From: Balanoglossus misakiensis
Taxonomy: Eukaryota; Animalia; Hemichordata
Assembly: GCA_040954595.2 (NCBI GenBank)
Contig: CM082576.2
Coordinates: forward strand, 16,229,028-16,293,027
Length of the DNA stretch: 64,000 bases
Direction: 5' to 3'
Below are positions 1-13,323 of the stretch, one piece after another; the stretch's first letter is position 1; each line of letters starts with the position of its first letter. The position numbers and the translations under genes were made by a program. The notes beneath the pieces are model-generated. The model was not told where the DNA came from, ran no database searches, and was given only the letters and a program-made list of their open reading frames with translations.

Positions 1-169
1 TCAATTCACCCGATGGCAGAGGCACTACACATCAATACATAATCAGGCACCTTTTGGTTTTCTCTGAAATGGTGAAAGGTGGCTTTTACTAGTTGACCGT
101 TTTAGAATGAAAAAGCAGACAGTTGCCATAAATTCTGTGTCCCGTGTCCATAAATTGCGTATCCCCCCC

Positions 170-436
<267 letters not shown>

Positions 437-1849
437 CAAATTAACGACGACGACCATGATTATGATGACGATGCCAATTTCTGTTCAGATACAGAATCGA
501 ACAGAAATTCATTGTTCGTTTTGCATTAATAATTCCAAAGGTACAGGACACATAGAGCAAAATATAAATATTTACATAAACTGAAATGCTAAACACAACC
601 AACGCAACCTTATAAACCACAAAAATGTTCGTTCCTTAGTCCGAAGGTAAATAATGATTGTGCATAATACACCACTCGTTGGAAATGACCGCAGTCTTGA
701 CCAAGATCTGCCCATAGGAAGCACTAAAATAATACCATGTCATATATTATTGACTTCCGTGTGAAACGTCAAACAAGTAACAACATGCATAAAACCAATG
801 TAACATTTAAATACCATGTAGAAATTAAGTCGAATAACACGTTTCAGAAAATCGATAATAAACAACATTACAAGTCTGTACAAATCTGAGAAGCGGTTAT
901 CGTAAATACTAATATTGGTGATGTGGACGGTTATATTTGATTACGGCAAGTCTTTTTTAACGAGCGTTGAATTCAAGGGATATAATCATAACCAAGTTCT
1001 CCTGAAAATTGGTGGGGTAAAATGACTGATTTATTAATGATATTACAATATGCACATGGCCGTCGACTTTCAATCATGTGACGATTGAATGACATGTGAT
1101 TAAAAAAAATACAAGTGCCTATTATATTGTTCTTTCGAGTTCCTGAGAAAATCTTGAAAAAGATAACATTACAAATGAATTACATGTATTAGATTATCTA
1201 ACAGGCAATTAATAGAAACAATAATAATGACAAAAAGAATGACAAACAAAAATAATGACAAACACTCTTAATGAATAATCCACACCTCCACTAATACGAG
1301 AACCAGGAATTGAAAAGGGTGGCTTATATGATAACATATAAAACTGTCAAATTCAAATTTCCAGATGACGGGCAACTTCAGCAACGTGGTACAGGCAAAG
1401 ACTGCGGGCGAAACTCAACGAGGCTAAGAATAAGGCTCCATATCTGATACAAGTTTCGTTTCTATCGGTTCTAAAGTAAAAACATACTCGGAAAAACTTT
1501 TACTGGATGCCGAAAAATAGCTTGCCCGTTACCTGGAAATGACAGCGCCATGGGACACATGGCCAGATCACGTGATTAATAGTAAAGAATTGCCAAGATT
1601 GTCGAAGTACAGTAGAAATAAACTCTTGTTCTCTGTTTAGCAGCAGGAATAGGGCCAAATCACCCCAAGCACCAACAGGATGTTCATGAAAATAATATAT
1701 TCATGCCACACATCTGTTTTGAATTTGAGTCCAGAAAACAATCGTGGTCGCGTAAGTCAATTTTGATTGGTATTACACGTATTTTGACTCATAAACATAC
1801 CCAAAAGTAACTGCAGGGTGGCGCTTTTGAATGGTGTTTGTTTATCTTT

Positions 1850-2024
1850 GCGTTCTCACTGCATATTTGCGTCGGAGCGCTGGCCCAGCACTGGCCCTGA
1901 CCCACCTCTCATCGCCGTCGCAAATTAACACCGGCGCAGCACCGGTGTAAATCGTTCTCACTTACTTTTTTCCGTCGGAGTTGAATCTGGGCCGGTGTAG
2001 CACCGGTGTAAACAGTGAGAACGC
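1850..2024. mobile_element. Small MITE-like element
   Basis: 12-bp inverted termini GCGTTCTCACTG (1850) / CAGTGAGAACGC (2013-2024), with an internal repeated AGCACCGGTGTAAA. Superfamily not assigned. Confidence 0.45.
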
Positions 2025-2592
2025 CCTAATTGACTCTGGTTGTTAATCTTCTTTCGGGGGCACGAGTTTGATGTCATTTCTCTAATTACTTTTCCACACC
2101 TCCCGGGAAAATGTGCAGGGTAAAATTATTCGATCGACGCGACCATGTGTTCCGATTTAAATGGAAGACACAACGTAAAAATTGAAATAGTGAGCAGTAA
2201 AGGTAAACAATCACCTGCCTGTCTAAGTATTCGAACGAGCAAGTGGTGGCGCACCTCTTCTGCGTGACAACGATATTTAAAATATGCGGTTGACGAGATC
2301 TACACTGTCCGTTCTTCTCTCTGTGCCCAAACACACAATCATGCAAATTTTTTCCACAACTTGAACAACATTTACTCAGGTGACAAAATCATTATCTGAA
2401 AATTTATTTAACAAAAAAGACCTTACAAATACTCCGTTCATACACTCACAAACTTACCTAGATTTACATATATTCGAGGTTATTTTGTTCTCGTCCTCTC
2501 CAGGAACATGCATATGTACCATTGAATTGCCATGTATGAGTTAAGCTGCCAATGGATGTAATCGGTAGGTAAAAACTTATCCTTGTCCGTAT

Positions 2593-2623
<31 letters not shown>

Positions 2624-3636
2624 TTTGTTTGTTTAATTGTTTGTTTGTTTGTTTGCTTGCTTAGCTGAAATCGATTTCAAGCGTCTTGCAAGTCAAATGG
2701 TACAACAACATAACATGACCTCTTCGGAAATCGCTGCAGTCTGGGCCCTTTTAATAATTTGAACAGTCGATGACTCTTCGTTTGTCGAACTTGAGGGCCT
2801 GTTTTCACCTATTTTATTGTCCAAAGTCGCGTTATTTTGAAATAAAGGCCTCCGTCTGGCCATGAACGAACATTTCCTACTATGCAAACGACAGGGAAAT
2901 CCCCAGATGCCATGTGAATGGGCGATGCTATTCTTCTTTTTTCATTCTATATACCCGTATAAAATCTAGTGAGGGCGTCGACCTATATGCCAGATCGTTA
3001 TGTAGGCTGCCAAACACGTCCGGTTGAACACGACAAGACTGCGTCAACCACTGGCGAAATGGTTAAACTGTGTGGGTCAAACAAGTATGGCTACTGTTTG
3101 TGATTGGTATTAATCGGATCATAGTACAAGTACATCCGATGATGTAATCCTAAGAATAAAAACGTTTCCACGAGTTTTCTCTGATCAGCATTATCTGCTA
3201 AGAAGAAAGGCGTTGCTTTTTTGTATCATTGTGGGCCGCCTTATTTGTTATAAAGCTACATGTAATAATTCTGAAGACAATTTTGTGTTTGAATTCATCA
3301 GTGACAGTCCTTATGCAATAATTATGCATTCACTGTCATCAAAGTATTGTAGAATATCACTGGTTTATTTTAATAAAATTCCCTTGGCTTATGTACCCAG
3401 ATGAAACACATATTGTTTTCAATTTGACCTCAAGAATGGGCTATCACTCCACCGACAACGATAAGTGGAAGTGACAGATGCGAGATCGAACAACCCACCG
3501 TAGTCTAAATGGTTGGATAAAACGAGCTATCCTATTGGACTGTCTGTATCTTCATTATACATGTCATTAAAATGAGTCGTTTGTTATACTATTTGGAATA
3601 GTAAAAGCTAGTGAAATTCACTGGCACAGAATCAAA

Positions 3637-3954
3637 ATGCATCATCGCTGCGTTCTCACGCGTTTACTTTGTTGGTGTTTGTGCAGCCGGTTAATAGGCG
3701 GTGAAACGGAAATCGTGCGCGTTGATAACAGCTCACCCGCCAGTAGCAGCTCACGGTTTGTCTATCCGATGCAAACGTCGAGAAAAGTGTGTGCTGTCGA
3801 ATGCCTCCGACACGGAGAAATGTGTTCACACGTGTCATTCGACGATCAGGCGGAAATGTGCTACCTCCACAACGATCCCGAAGAGCTACCGGCAAGGCAG
3901 ACAGAAAAGTTGTTTTTTGAACAACCAGGTGCTGCTTTGAAATCGCCTGATCAG
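3637..3954 (+). CDS. Secreted PAN-EGF-TSP1-pentraxin mosaic protein, exon 1 (signal peptide + PAN/apple domain)
   Basis: ATG followed by a hydrophobic N-terminus. The pattern CAVEC...CSHVSF...CYL is PAN/apple-like. Donor CAG|GTATTG is phase 0 and matches the exon 2 frame. Confidence 0.75.
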
Positions 3955-3995
3955 GTATTGTTGATCGCTTTTCGCCTTTCCAAGCCACCAAGCTC

Positions 3996-4090
<95 letters not shown>
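3996..4090. repeat. (CAT)n microsatellite in intron 1
   Basis: Read directly. It lies after the exon 1 donor, so the poly-His/poly-Met ORF tails are artefacts. Confidence 0.97.
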
Positions 4091-6171
4091 TGTTTGACTG
4101 TTGATGATAAGACACTTGTTTGAGGTCGACTACAATGTATTTCGCGTCCCCCACGTTCTCTATCACCATATTTGTGTTGTGCATTGAGGCTTAGCATTGG
4201 TAATCTTCAATGATTGGAAACACATTTATTCCACTGAATGCATCTTGCGTGAGTTTGCTAAAATCTCTTCCGACATCCCATTTGTATTCTATCCTGATGA
4301 TTGCTGAGGGGTTTCCGATAGCAATAGACAATTGCGATGTCATTTTTTGCGAAAGCGCAAAACACACAGTTTTCATCCAGTTCATCTGAGTATAGTCTGA
4401 CTGAATATATCAGTAACCATATACCAGCCGATGTCACTCATTTTCGAGGGCATGATTTTCTTTTATCTACGAGAAAGATTGAATGAGTTGTTAAAGATTT
4501 GCCAGAATGATATCGTGGTCATGGTGTATGTAATTCTGTTCTTAGCATTACAGAAATCCCTTCAATGGCATCCATAACACTATTGACCAAGTTTATTATA
4601 GACGCTGCATTTGAAGATCCTGTAATAGTCATTGTATGGTGTTCTGCGGAACTTTGGTGAAGTTTAAGTTAGTCAAATCATCTTGACTTTTTTGGTCATA
4701 ATACTTTCTCATGAATGGCGGTTTGTCAAAATTTCGATTTTGTTGAAAACATTGTAAATAATGGCGTTGGAGGAGGTTGGAAAGGTATACTCATTGAAAC
4801 CTTTCAATTGGTCAAACCTTAACTGTACGATTCAAAATATTTAACTGTACATGTTTTTATATCTTGATTTTTAGAGAAGAATTAGTTTGTGAAAACAGCC
4901 TTTTGTTTGCATTATATAAACAGAAACGACTGGAGTGCAAGCATGGATTTTATCGGCAAATTCCGTATGCATTCGGGACTGTTTGTGTGTCTTCATAGCC
5001 CCCCCCCCACCTCCAAAGAAACACAAAATGCGTTTTCACAGTTTTCACGTTTCGACGGCCATGAGGGGCGATCGATTGTAGTCACCACAATTTCAAAACT
5101 CAGTTGGGGATAACGAAACAAATGCAAGCTACGGTTGTGACTGCGAGCAGATTACTTGCTTTCATGGAGACTATCATGCAAGATGGCCTTGGACATTGAC
5201 AATAGGGACGGCTTCCTTGATTAAAGGGTAGTCTTCTTTGATGTTCGCGAACTATACATTGAGTTGGAAGTGGGTATAGAAAACAATGCGGATGAATGGT
5301 TTTCTTTTTCTCGGGCCTATAAATGTATATATCTAATACCAGAAGGGTTTCATTCAGAACAAATGGGATGATTGCTTTCCCAAGGACACTGAAATATTAG
5401 AATGTTTTATTTTCTGTTTTCACACATAACCAGACATATTTTAATAGTGCTACAGGGTAAATGCATTTACGTTAGTTGTACCTATAGATTCTGCAGGCCC
5501 TTCAGCTATTACGGTTGTAGTGAAGGGTATCATGCACGTTTAGCCAACCGAGTCCCCTAGGTGCATCATTTTCGTATACAATGATCTTCAATATCGGTTA
5601 CCTTGGAAGTAGAGAGTATCTTGGGAATATCCATTGTTCATGTGTTGCAAGTGTTCATATGTGGCAATCTATTGGGTCTCTGCTTTAGAGGCACACTTTA
5701 GATAAATAGCTTTCATTTCAATACCTTTGCCCTCCGGCAATGGCGGTATACTGCATGGAAAGGAAAGTACAATTTGCTTTGTGTTTTTTTTCTAAGAAAA
5801 TTTCCCTGGGACACACAGGCTATACTTTTAAAACTACTTTTTCATTGCAAGCATAGTCTTCAAAGGCTACTTAACTTATACATCCATTTCTTTACAAATC
5901 CACACGATAATAAATCACCTTATTAAACGAAAGCAACCTTGGCTGGCAGGTGGAGTAACCTGAGCTTTATGCTTGCATGCATGTATATAAGTCTGTTAGG
6001 TAGTTTCAGGTTACAAAACTAAAGAAAGGCTTAAACACAGTATTCTAGCTTATTTGCATTTTAACTTCTTATTTACCTATCACCACCAAAAAAACTCATG
6101 GTACATCTCGGAAAAGCGTTCGAGCTAGAAACAATGCTCTGTTATATAGTAACCCTTCCTTTTATTTCCAG

Positions 6172-6316
6172 GGTGGACACGATGGACTTGAAAGAACGCC
6201 ATGCGTGAGCAATCCTTGTAACAATAATGGCTGGTGTGTGGCGAAATCGCCTGCGGAATTCTTGTGTGTTTGTAGAGTCGGGTCGGGTTTTACAGGAGAG
6301 ACGTGTGAAATGCCAG
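6172..6316 (+). CDS. Mosaic gene exon 2: EGF-like domain
   Basis: Acceptor TTTATTTCCAG|. Translates GGHDGLERTPCVSNPCNNNGWCVAKSPAEFLCVCRVGSGFTGETCEMP (6-Cys EGF spacing). Donor CAG|GTGTGT, phase 1. Confidence 0.9.
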
Positions 6317-6768
6317 GTGTGTACATACATACACCAAGTGTCTGTTTATGACAAATATCATATTTAAAAAGAGAAAAATACATTCAGAAGTTGATGAACA
6401 AAAGCAGTATAAGTCTCATATTTGATGCTTCGCTGACATTAGCTGCATGGTTGGTATTTTGCATGAGCTTTAAATTGCCTGTATCGCCCCTCAACATTAG
6501 GCATATGAGACCCCCCTATATACATGATATAAGATCACACATTTAAACCGAGATATTCAAGGTGAGTGTCAAGATATGACAAAGTATTTGCCTATGGACA
6601 TTGAATGAATGACAAGAGGGTTTTCGAAACACATTGAGACCATAACCATTCCTAATAATATCAGATATCATATACATAGCTAAGTGTAAAGACGAACAAA
6701 ACATAACAGCGTAGACAACTAGCAACAGACACATAATAACATATTTGGAGATTTTTAACTCCTTGTAG

Positions 6769-6942
6769 TCATACCACCAACCTGGGGTATTTGGGCATCT
6801 TGGTCGGACTGCACAGTTACTTGTGGTACGGGTTACCAGCAGAGGGAAAGACTGTGTGAAAATTTATCGGATACTTTTGGACTTGACTCTTGTAAAGGGC
6901 GAGGAAGCGACTACAAAAAATGCAATGTGCATAAGTGCCAGC
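6769..6942 (+). CDS. Mosaic gene exon 3: thrombospondin type-1 repeat
   Basis: Acceptor CCTTGTAG|. Translates WGIWASWSDCTVTCGTGYQQRERLC...C...C...C (WxxWxxW, CxxTCG, RxR). Donor C|GTAAGT, phase 1-1. Confidence 0.92.
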
Positions 6943-7327
6943 GTAAGTATGACTTCCAAAATCCAATGCACCATTGCAGCAATTTCATGATGTGTCCTAC
7001 TCATTTGTCGCCAGTGTCGTCTTCACCAGTTCACGTAAAGTAGTCATAGAGTTTCCATGATCGAGCAAGGCTATATTTTCCTCATATACAGTGAAGTAAG
7101 CAATAACCCCCGCCGCGCCGCGGGCGGGTATACACGAACCAACATCTTGAACACGAGCGCCCGGGATCGAGCATTAAACATGAAGCAGACGACAAAAAGT
7201 GACAAGACAGGCATCGCGTATAGCAGCGCCAAATATTCCCACAGAGCAGTTCCAAAATAAAACGTCCGTAAATTCAACAATGTTTCATTTTTTATTTTTA
7301 GATTAACCCCACACGACTGTGGTTTAA

Positions 7328-8096
7328 GGGACTGTTCAGTTTTTACGGCCGGGGGGGGGGGGGGGGGGGAGGGCCGGCAAGTTTGTGTCATCGTTTTTCA
7401 AAATCAGGCCGACCCCCCCCCCCTTCACCCAGGACCAAAAAATGATGACCTCCCCTTTGACAGACCCAAAAATATGATGACCCTCCCCCCCCCACGCCGA
7501 AAACATTCGCCGTCCTGATCCTATGTACACTGTATGCAATAAAGGGGATGAGGCTCCTCACACCTCAATTATAAATTTCTTAAAGTATTATTGAAGTATA
7601 TAATAGTATATCGTTGCAATAAAGAAATATATGAACAAATTAAAATGTCAAGTTAATACAATAGTTGCTATAATTGGTAAAAAAAGAAAAGTGGCGGGGG
7701 TGGGTGAAATTTTTGTAAAATACGGTGCTCAAAGTTGCATTTTAATGAACTCCAAAGCAAATTAACTCAATGTTAGGGAGGACAAATTTTAATTTTGCCA
7801 CCCCACTCAAAGTAAGCATGGGGGTTGGGTGGCAAGAAGTCTGCCCTGGTACACTAGACAAACCAGCGAATAAATGCAATGTGGCGAAGAATGGAGGGGG
7901 TGGGTGTTAGAAAATTTTGTAAAATAAAGGGCGCGAAATTGCAATTTTGTGGACTCAAAAGCAAAAGTTCGGTGGCAAAAGTTTAAAACGTTTAAAAAAA
8001 TCAGATGACCCCCCCTTTTGGACTTCAAAATTTAAGTGACCCCCCCCCCCTGGATTTTGCCGCCCCCCCCCCCGGCTGTAAAAACTGAACGGTCCC
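7328..8096. mobile_element. Non-autonomous DNA transposon, PIF/Harbinger-like MITE
   Basis: TIRs GGGACTGTTCAGTTTTTACGGCCGGG / CCCGGCTGTAAAAACTGAACGGTCCC, with TAA on both sides. A TWA target duplication is typical of PIF/Harbinger. Confidence 0.8.
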
Positions 8097-8231
8097 TAAC
8101 CGCACATTTTCCCTGCTGCATGCTAGTTCAGGGTCCCGTTTTACCACTGCCAGCCGTTAGCATGGTATAATATAATAAACAAATAAACACGCGGTCGGAG
8201 TTTGACGTTATGCGGTATTCCTACCTTTCAG

Positions 8232-8381
8232 TGTCGCCGTATGAAAATCGTCAACATTCGCCGGCGCCACCGATATCTCACGAACGCTACTTGCACTATT
8301 CAAAGATTCGAAAATCTCTTGTTGACGGAAGGAGCACTCGAGAGAACGTGTTGAACACCACCGGGAAGAATCTGCCCATAG
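8232..8381 (+). CDS. Mosaic gene exon 4: linker
   Basis: Acceptor CCTTTCAG|, open 150-nt phase 1-1 frame (SPYENRQHSPAPP...KNLPI), donor TAG|GTAAGT. No recognisable domain. Confidence 0.65.
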
Positions 8382-9174
8382 GTAAGTGGAATAAAAAAGC
8401 ACAGTTTTAGGTCCTGCTGTTTTTGGGAAACCGAAATTACACGCACACACTTGGTATCGTCCAGACTAGCATGGGTCGTCTTGGGCAATCATTTAAAAAA
8501 TAACTGATCATTGTTTCCATAGACCGCAAGGGACAAAGTCACTTTCGCGCTGCCTCTTTTCCTTTAAATATGGTTGATACATGACACCGTTTATGGTATT
8601 CTACATGTGGATATATAGTGAATCAACATTGGACCACACACACCTTACATCCCGCTTGTATGATACGAGAGTAAAAATCTAGCCAAAATGAATGAATGGT
8701 AAACACCGATTATTCATTTTGGCGAGTTTTTCACTCTCGTGTCTACAAGCAGGATGGAAGGTGTGTGTGGTCGAACGTTGATTCACTATATATCCACATA
8801 TATAAACATAAACAGCATCTTGTATCAAGCATAATTAATGGAAAGGGGGGGCAGCGAGAGAGAGACATTGTCCCTTTAAGGAGTATATCATACGTCTTTT
8901 TCATAAAGAGGACGCCCTTCCAAGATGACGCAAAAAGAAGATCAGTAAGTCACGGAGTGAAAACCTTATTGTCTTATGTACCGTTGTTATAGTTGGGAGA
9001 GACGTTCGACAGTCACATTTTATTGTAAGGAAAATTGTACACACAAATTGTACCACATATAGAACAAACCAGTTGCATGGAGATAACGCCATATGTTGGA
9101 ACGGCGCCCTCTTTATGAAAAAAGGGTGTATTGTTTACCAGGGTGAGTATTTGGTGTTGTGTTGTCTTGTATAG

Positions 9175-9339
9175 AGAGTGGCTGGGGTGCGTGGGGAGGT
9201 TGGAGTAGCTGTATCTCGTCTCAAACAAAGTGGGGAGAGCGTAAACGAACAAGAAACTGCAACAACCCTGCACCAGCAAGTGGCGACCGTGGCTGCAGTG
9301 GAGACTCCCAAGAAACCATTCCTTGCAGAACTTTATGCG
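9175..9339 (+). CDS. Mosaic gene exon 5: TSP1 repeat
   Basis: Acceptor TTGTATAG|. Translates ESGWGAWGGWSSC...RKRTRNCNNPAP...GCSGDSQETIPC. Donor G|GTAAGC, phase 1-1. Confidence 0.92.
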
Positions 9340-9484
9340 GTAAGCCAAAAACTGCATTAAAACGACCCATGATTTATTCGTACATGAATTCAAACCTACA
9401 TTTGCAAAACACCCATCTCCCCGCGGAACAGCTGGTCTCAATCTTTCAATATGTGCATGCCATGATCTTTTTCGTTTATTTCAG

Positions 9485-10081
9485 AAACTAAAAAAACTCT
9501 TGAATTGACGAGTCCTGACACGAACATATTGACCTGGGTGCGTTTTCGTGATACAAGTGCTTTGACGTCCTGTATATGGGTGAAACCTACAAAGGCCAAC
9601 AGACCAGGAACTCTTATGTCATACGGGGCAATAGAAGGCAACGGCAACGAATTCGCTATGCTAGACACACGTGGGCTACAAATTGTAATCAAATCAGAAA
9701 GGAAAATTACGTCATTGAATGTAAACGACGGTTCGTGGCATCACGTCTGTGTCACATGGTCCTCACGTGACGGAGTATGGAAATACTATCACGACGGTGC
9801 CTTGTTCAGCGGCGGTGAGAATCTCCGGAGTGGTGAAACGGTCGCCGGTGGTGGCGTTCTAGTCCTGGGACAACGGCAGCGTTTTGTTGGAGGGGGATTC
9901 GACGCGTCTGAAGCATTTCTGGGTAGTCTGAAAGAATTCAACATGTGGTCCAGCGTCTTGAGTGGTGACGAAATATCTGAAATGGCACGTGGTTTTGACA
10001 GGTCCATGAGCAGCGACATCTTTGCATGGGGAACATGTCCACTCGATATAATGGGCGACGTGAGACTTCAATGCGATTGCT
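9485..10081 (+). CDS. Mosaic gene exon 6: pentraxin domain 1
   Basis: Acceptor TTATTTCAG|. Pentraxin signature HHVCVTWSS, LVLGQ, and FLGSLKEFNMWS. Donor T|GTGAGT at 10081/10082; read-through stops at 10137. Confidence 0.92.
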
Positions 10082-10313
10082 GTGAGTGCGTGAACAATGA
10101 TTATCTTCGGTGTTTGAAAAAGAGCGATGAACATTGAATGTACACGTTTTACTGATGGAATATTTTTCCTGAAACGTCCGCTTTTACAAAATGAAGGCCA
10201 CAATAATTTGCTGCCCAACATTGCAATATTGCAATATTTTTTTTGCAAATTTTTGTCACAATAACAGTGTGAAAGACCAATAAATTTAGATTTTGTTGTA
10301 CTCTATATTGCAG

Positions 10314-10478
10314 ATGGCAGGTGGAAGGAATGGGGACGCTGGGGCGCGTGTAACTGGTCGAAAACAAAGCCGGGAGAACGTAGAAGAACAAGAAACTGCG
10401 ACAACCCTTCACCTGTCGATATGAGACACAATTGCGGTGGAGAACTGCAAGAACCCATTCCACGCAGAAATGGCTGTG
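10314..10478 (+). CDS. Mosaic gene exon 7: TSP1 repeat (paralogous to exon 5)
   Basis: Acceptor TATTGCAG|. Translates GRWKEWGRWGAC...RRRTRNCDNPSP...CGGELQEPIP. Same 165-nt length as exon 5. Donor G|GTAAGA. Confidence 0.88.
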
Positions 10479-11160
10479 GTAAGAAAGGATTTACACACAA
10501 ACATGTAGCAGCATTGTCGTTCATTAATACCACAACACCATGTGTATTGACATGTATATGCAAATTGGACCTGCCACCCATTATTTAATATGGGCAAACT
10601 TCTGCCATTGTGCATTTGTACAAAAGAGATTGATACGCGATGTTTTAGTTTTGGTTGGCGGCCGGGGGGTGAAGGTTGCACCTGCATCCCACGTGTCATA
10701 CTTTGCGTGTAGTGTGGGGTAGAATTATAGGAATGTATGACAATCATGTAAATAGAATTTACAGTATATATCACTCATAATTCTAATTAAGTCTTTTTGT
10801 ATAGGTATAGTTTATGAGTGCACGTATTTTGTCTGTTTGTATATTATTATTATTTGGGTAAACTCGTGTTTCTCTTCTGTTTGCATGTTTACTTCTGGCT
10901 TCTTAAAGGCTTAACTATACTATAAATAGGCCCCATATCTTAATCCCTTCATTGTTAGGAATGAATGACACAAAGAAAGAGCTCTTATATGCCTCCTGTG
11001 TTGAGACAAGCTGATCACGTGCAATTTTAAATGACGCTGACAAAAGAAAGTGCATGTACTCATTTGGGAGGTGCACTGTCCGATGTTTTTCATTTCTGGA
11101 GCGGAACATAACATACCTATACAACCGGGTTCACCATGGATTGAACTGGCGCAAATTTAA

Positions 11161-11977
11161 AGGCACGTAAGCTGTAACTTTGGGGATAATTTTCATAATC
11201 TTTGTTTCAAACTGCACTACCAATAGTCCATGCAGATGAAGGCAGTGAACTATACACAAGCATTATAAACCCTAAATATGAGTGCATATGCAAGTTTTAA
11301 CCAGATAAATAATACAGCTTTGCCGCAAGCGATTATGGCCGCCACCGTGGGAAAATGCAAGAAACAATGAAAATGTTGCATTTCCGGTTATGAAACTTCA
11401 TAAACAAAACATGATCTCATCCACTTGAGCTCATGGAAGTAAATGTACACCACTGAGACATCAGATTTTCATTTTTCATTGCAATATTGCACTTTTTTTA
11501 AAATTGCAAGAATTTTCGTTTTTCTTTAATTTTTGACCATTTTGTCATAAATAAGTGTTGAGCTTGATATATTATCATGAAATATCATTTATTATATTAT
11601 ACCAGTATATTGATGGTGTAAATCGCGCTATTTGATTGGTCGAGACACGACACGTGACCGTGATATATTAGCCATATACCACAGTCATATATCATAGTCA
11701 AAGAAAATGCCTTTTTAAAATGTTTTATGCAAAGTTTCAATATACTGGCATAATATAATAGCAATAAAACACCCCAGCCATGGTATACCACTCGATTTTG
11801 ACCAGTTCAACTCCATATACGCACTCGCTATCGCTCGTGCGTATATGTCGTGAACTGGTCAAAATCTCGTGGTATACCATGGCTGGGGGTGTTTTATTGC
11901 TTAAATAGACATAATTAAAAGCATATATGAGATTATTTAAAACTTTATTTTTTTATCCAGTTGCAGCTTACGTGCCT
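11161..11977. mobile_element. TTAA-flanked MITE (Kolobok-like)
   Basis: TTAA|AGGCACGTAAGCTGTAACT ... AGTTGCAGCTTACGTGCCT|TTAA. A TTAA duplication with AG-starting TIRs is typical of Kolobok. Confidence 0.75.
11760..11901. repeat. Long imperfect palindrome (about 142 bp) nested in the TTAA MITE
   Basis: Arms AGCAATAAAACACCCCAGCCATGGTATACCAC... / ...GTGGTATACCATGGCTGGGGGTGTTTTATTGCT. Confidence 0.9.
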
Positions 11978-12127
11978 TTAACTCATGATATCACCGGGCG
12001 CATTTCTCTGTTTTGTGAGGCTGAGCGGCGATTCCCCGGATGTAGCCACGTGCATGAGCTTACTTCCCCTATTGCTATTTCAATCTGCACGGTCCAATAC
12101 TATATATGTTTTTTTTCCTGGTTGCAG

Positions 12128-12741
12128 AAAGTAAAACGCTTGCATTGGAGAGCAAGTATAACAGGATAGTGGCCAATGTCTCTGTTCCCGAACTCACTGA
12201 TTTGACGTCCTGCATCTGGGCAAAAAGTACAAGTGAAGGGTCACACGTAAAAGGACTTACTTTGGTGTCGTACAGTGCAGAAACCGGCACGCCTGATGAG
12301 TTCTGTATGGACAGCAAACAAAATTTTGACATCAAAGAATATTGGAAAAAAACGTCAGCGGGCGGAGAGATCGGTAGTTCATGGCAACACCTGTGCGTCA
12401 CGTGGTCTTCAGCACAGGGGAAATGGCAATACTACCGCAACGGTGTCATGGTTAGCAGTGGTGCGCGTTTCAGGAGGGGCGAAAAGGTTTCTGGTGGGGG
12501 CCTTATAGTTTTTGGACAAGACCAAGACACTTTCGGAGGATCTTTCGATAAACACCAATCTTTTCTCGGCAGTCTGACGGAATTCAACATGTGGTCCAGA
12601 GTTCTGAGTGCCGACGAAGTTGCCGAAGTCAAACGTGACTGTAACGGCGCCCTCAACGGCGACGTCTTTGCTTGGAATACGGATTTGATCGATGTAATGG
12701 GCGATGCGTGTTGGAGATTTGAACGCGTTTGTTGTGAGTAA
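12128..12741 (+). CDS. Mosaic gene exon 8: pentraxin domain 2 (probable terminal exon)
   Basis: Acceptor TTTTCCTGGTTGCAG|. Motifs HLCVTWSS, VFGQDQD and FLGSLTEFNMWS. Stop TAA ends at 12741, with AATAAA near 13096 and 13181. Confidence 0.92.
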
Positions 12742-12892
12742 AGTGTTGGGGTTTTTGAACACTGAAGAATGCAAGATCCATTCCATGGCGCCATTCCATT
12801 CTCAACCATATTTTTCACTCTCAGTGTCTTTAAATCATTTGGCGTACATTGGTTCATTACTAGATTACGTACCTGTTACGTGTAAACATTAA

Positions 12893-13323
12893 AGGTATAC
12901 AGTCACCTCCAATTCACGGCAAATGACAAATATGGCGTATATATGTAGCTGGGTGTTCTGAAGAACATATTGGAGTGAAGGAGACCTCGTGCGACGAAAA
13001 GCACTTTAATACACACGAAATGCACTCAAATAACAATCGAAATATATTGCATTTATATATGCTTCAAAAAGTAAATTAATGAATGGTGTCAACAAAATAA
13101 ACGTTCATGATACGTTTAGATCATTTTCTCGTCCAGCTAGGGGGTTCAACGTCAAAAGGAAAGTTCACTATTCAAATGCAAATAAAGTCATCATCTCTTC
13201 TCTCCACATATGGTGGCGCTCTTTTTATCACTTGTACCATGCACCCACTGAAAATCTGTGATTGATTAGATCTCAGTTTGCTATGGGAACTACAGCTCCA
13301 TTTTCAAAGGTGACCGTATACCT
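12893..13323. mobile_element. TTAA-flanked MITE (Kolobok-like)
   Basis: TTAA|AGGTATACAGTCACCT ... AGGTGACCGTATACCT|TTAA. Confidence 0.78.
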
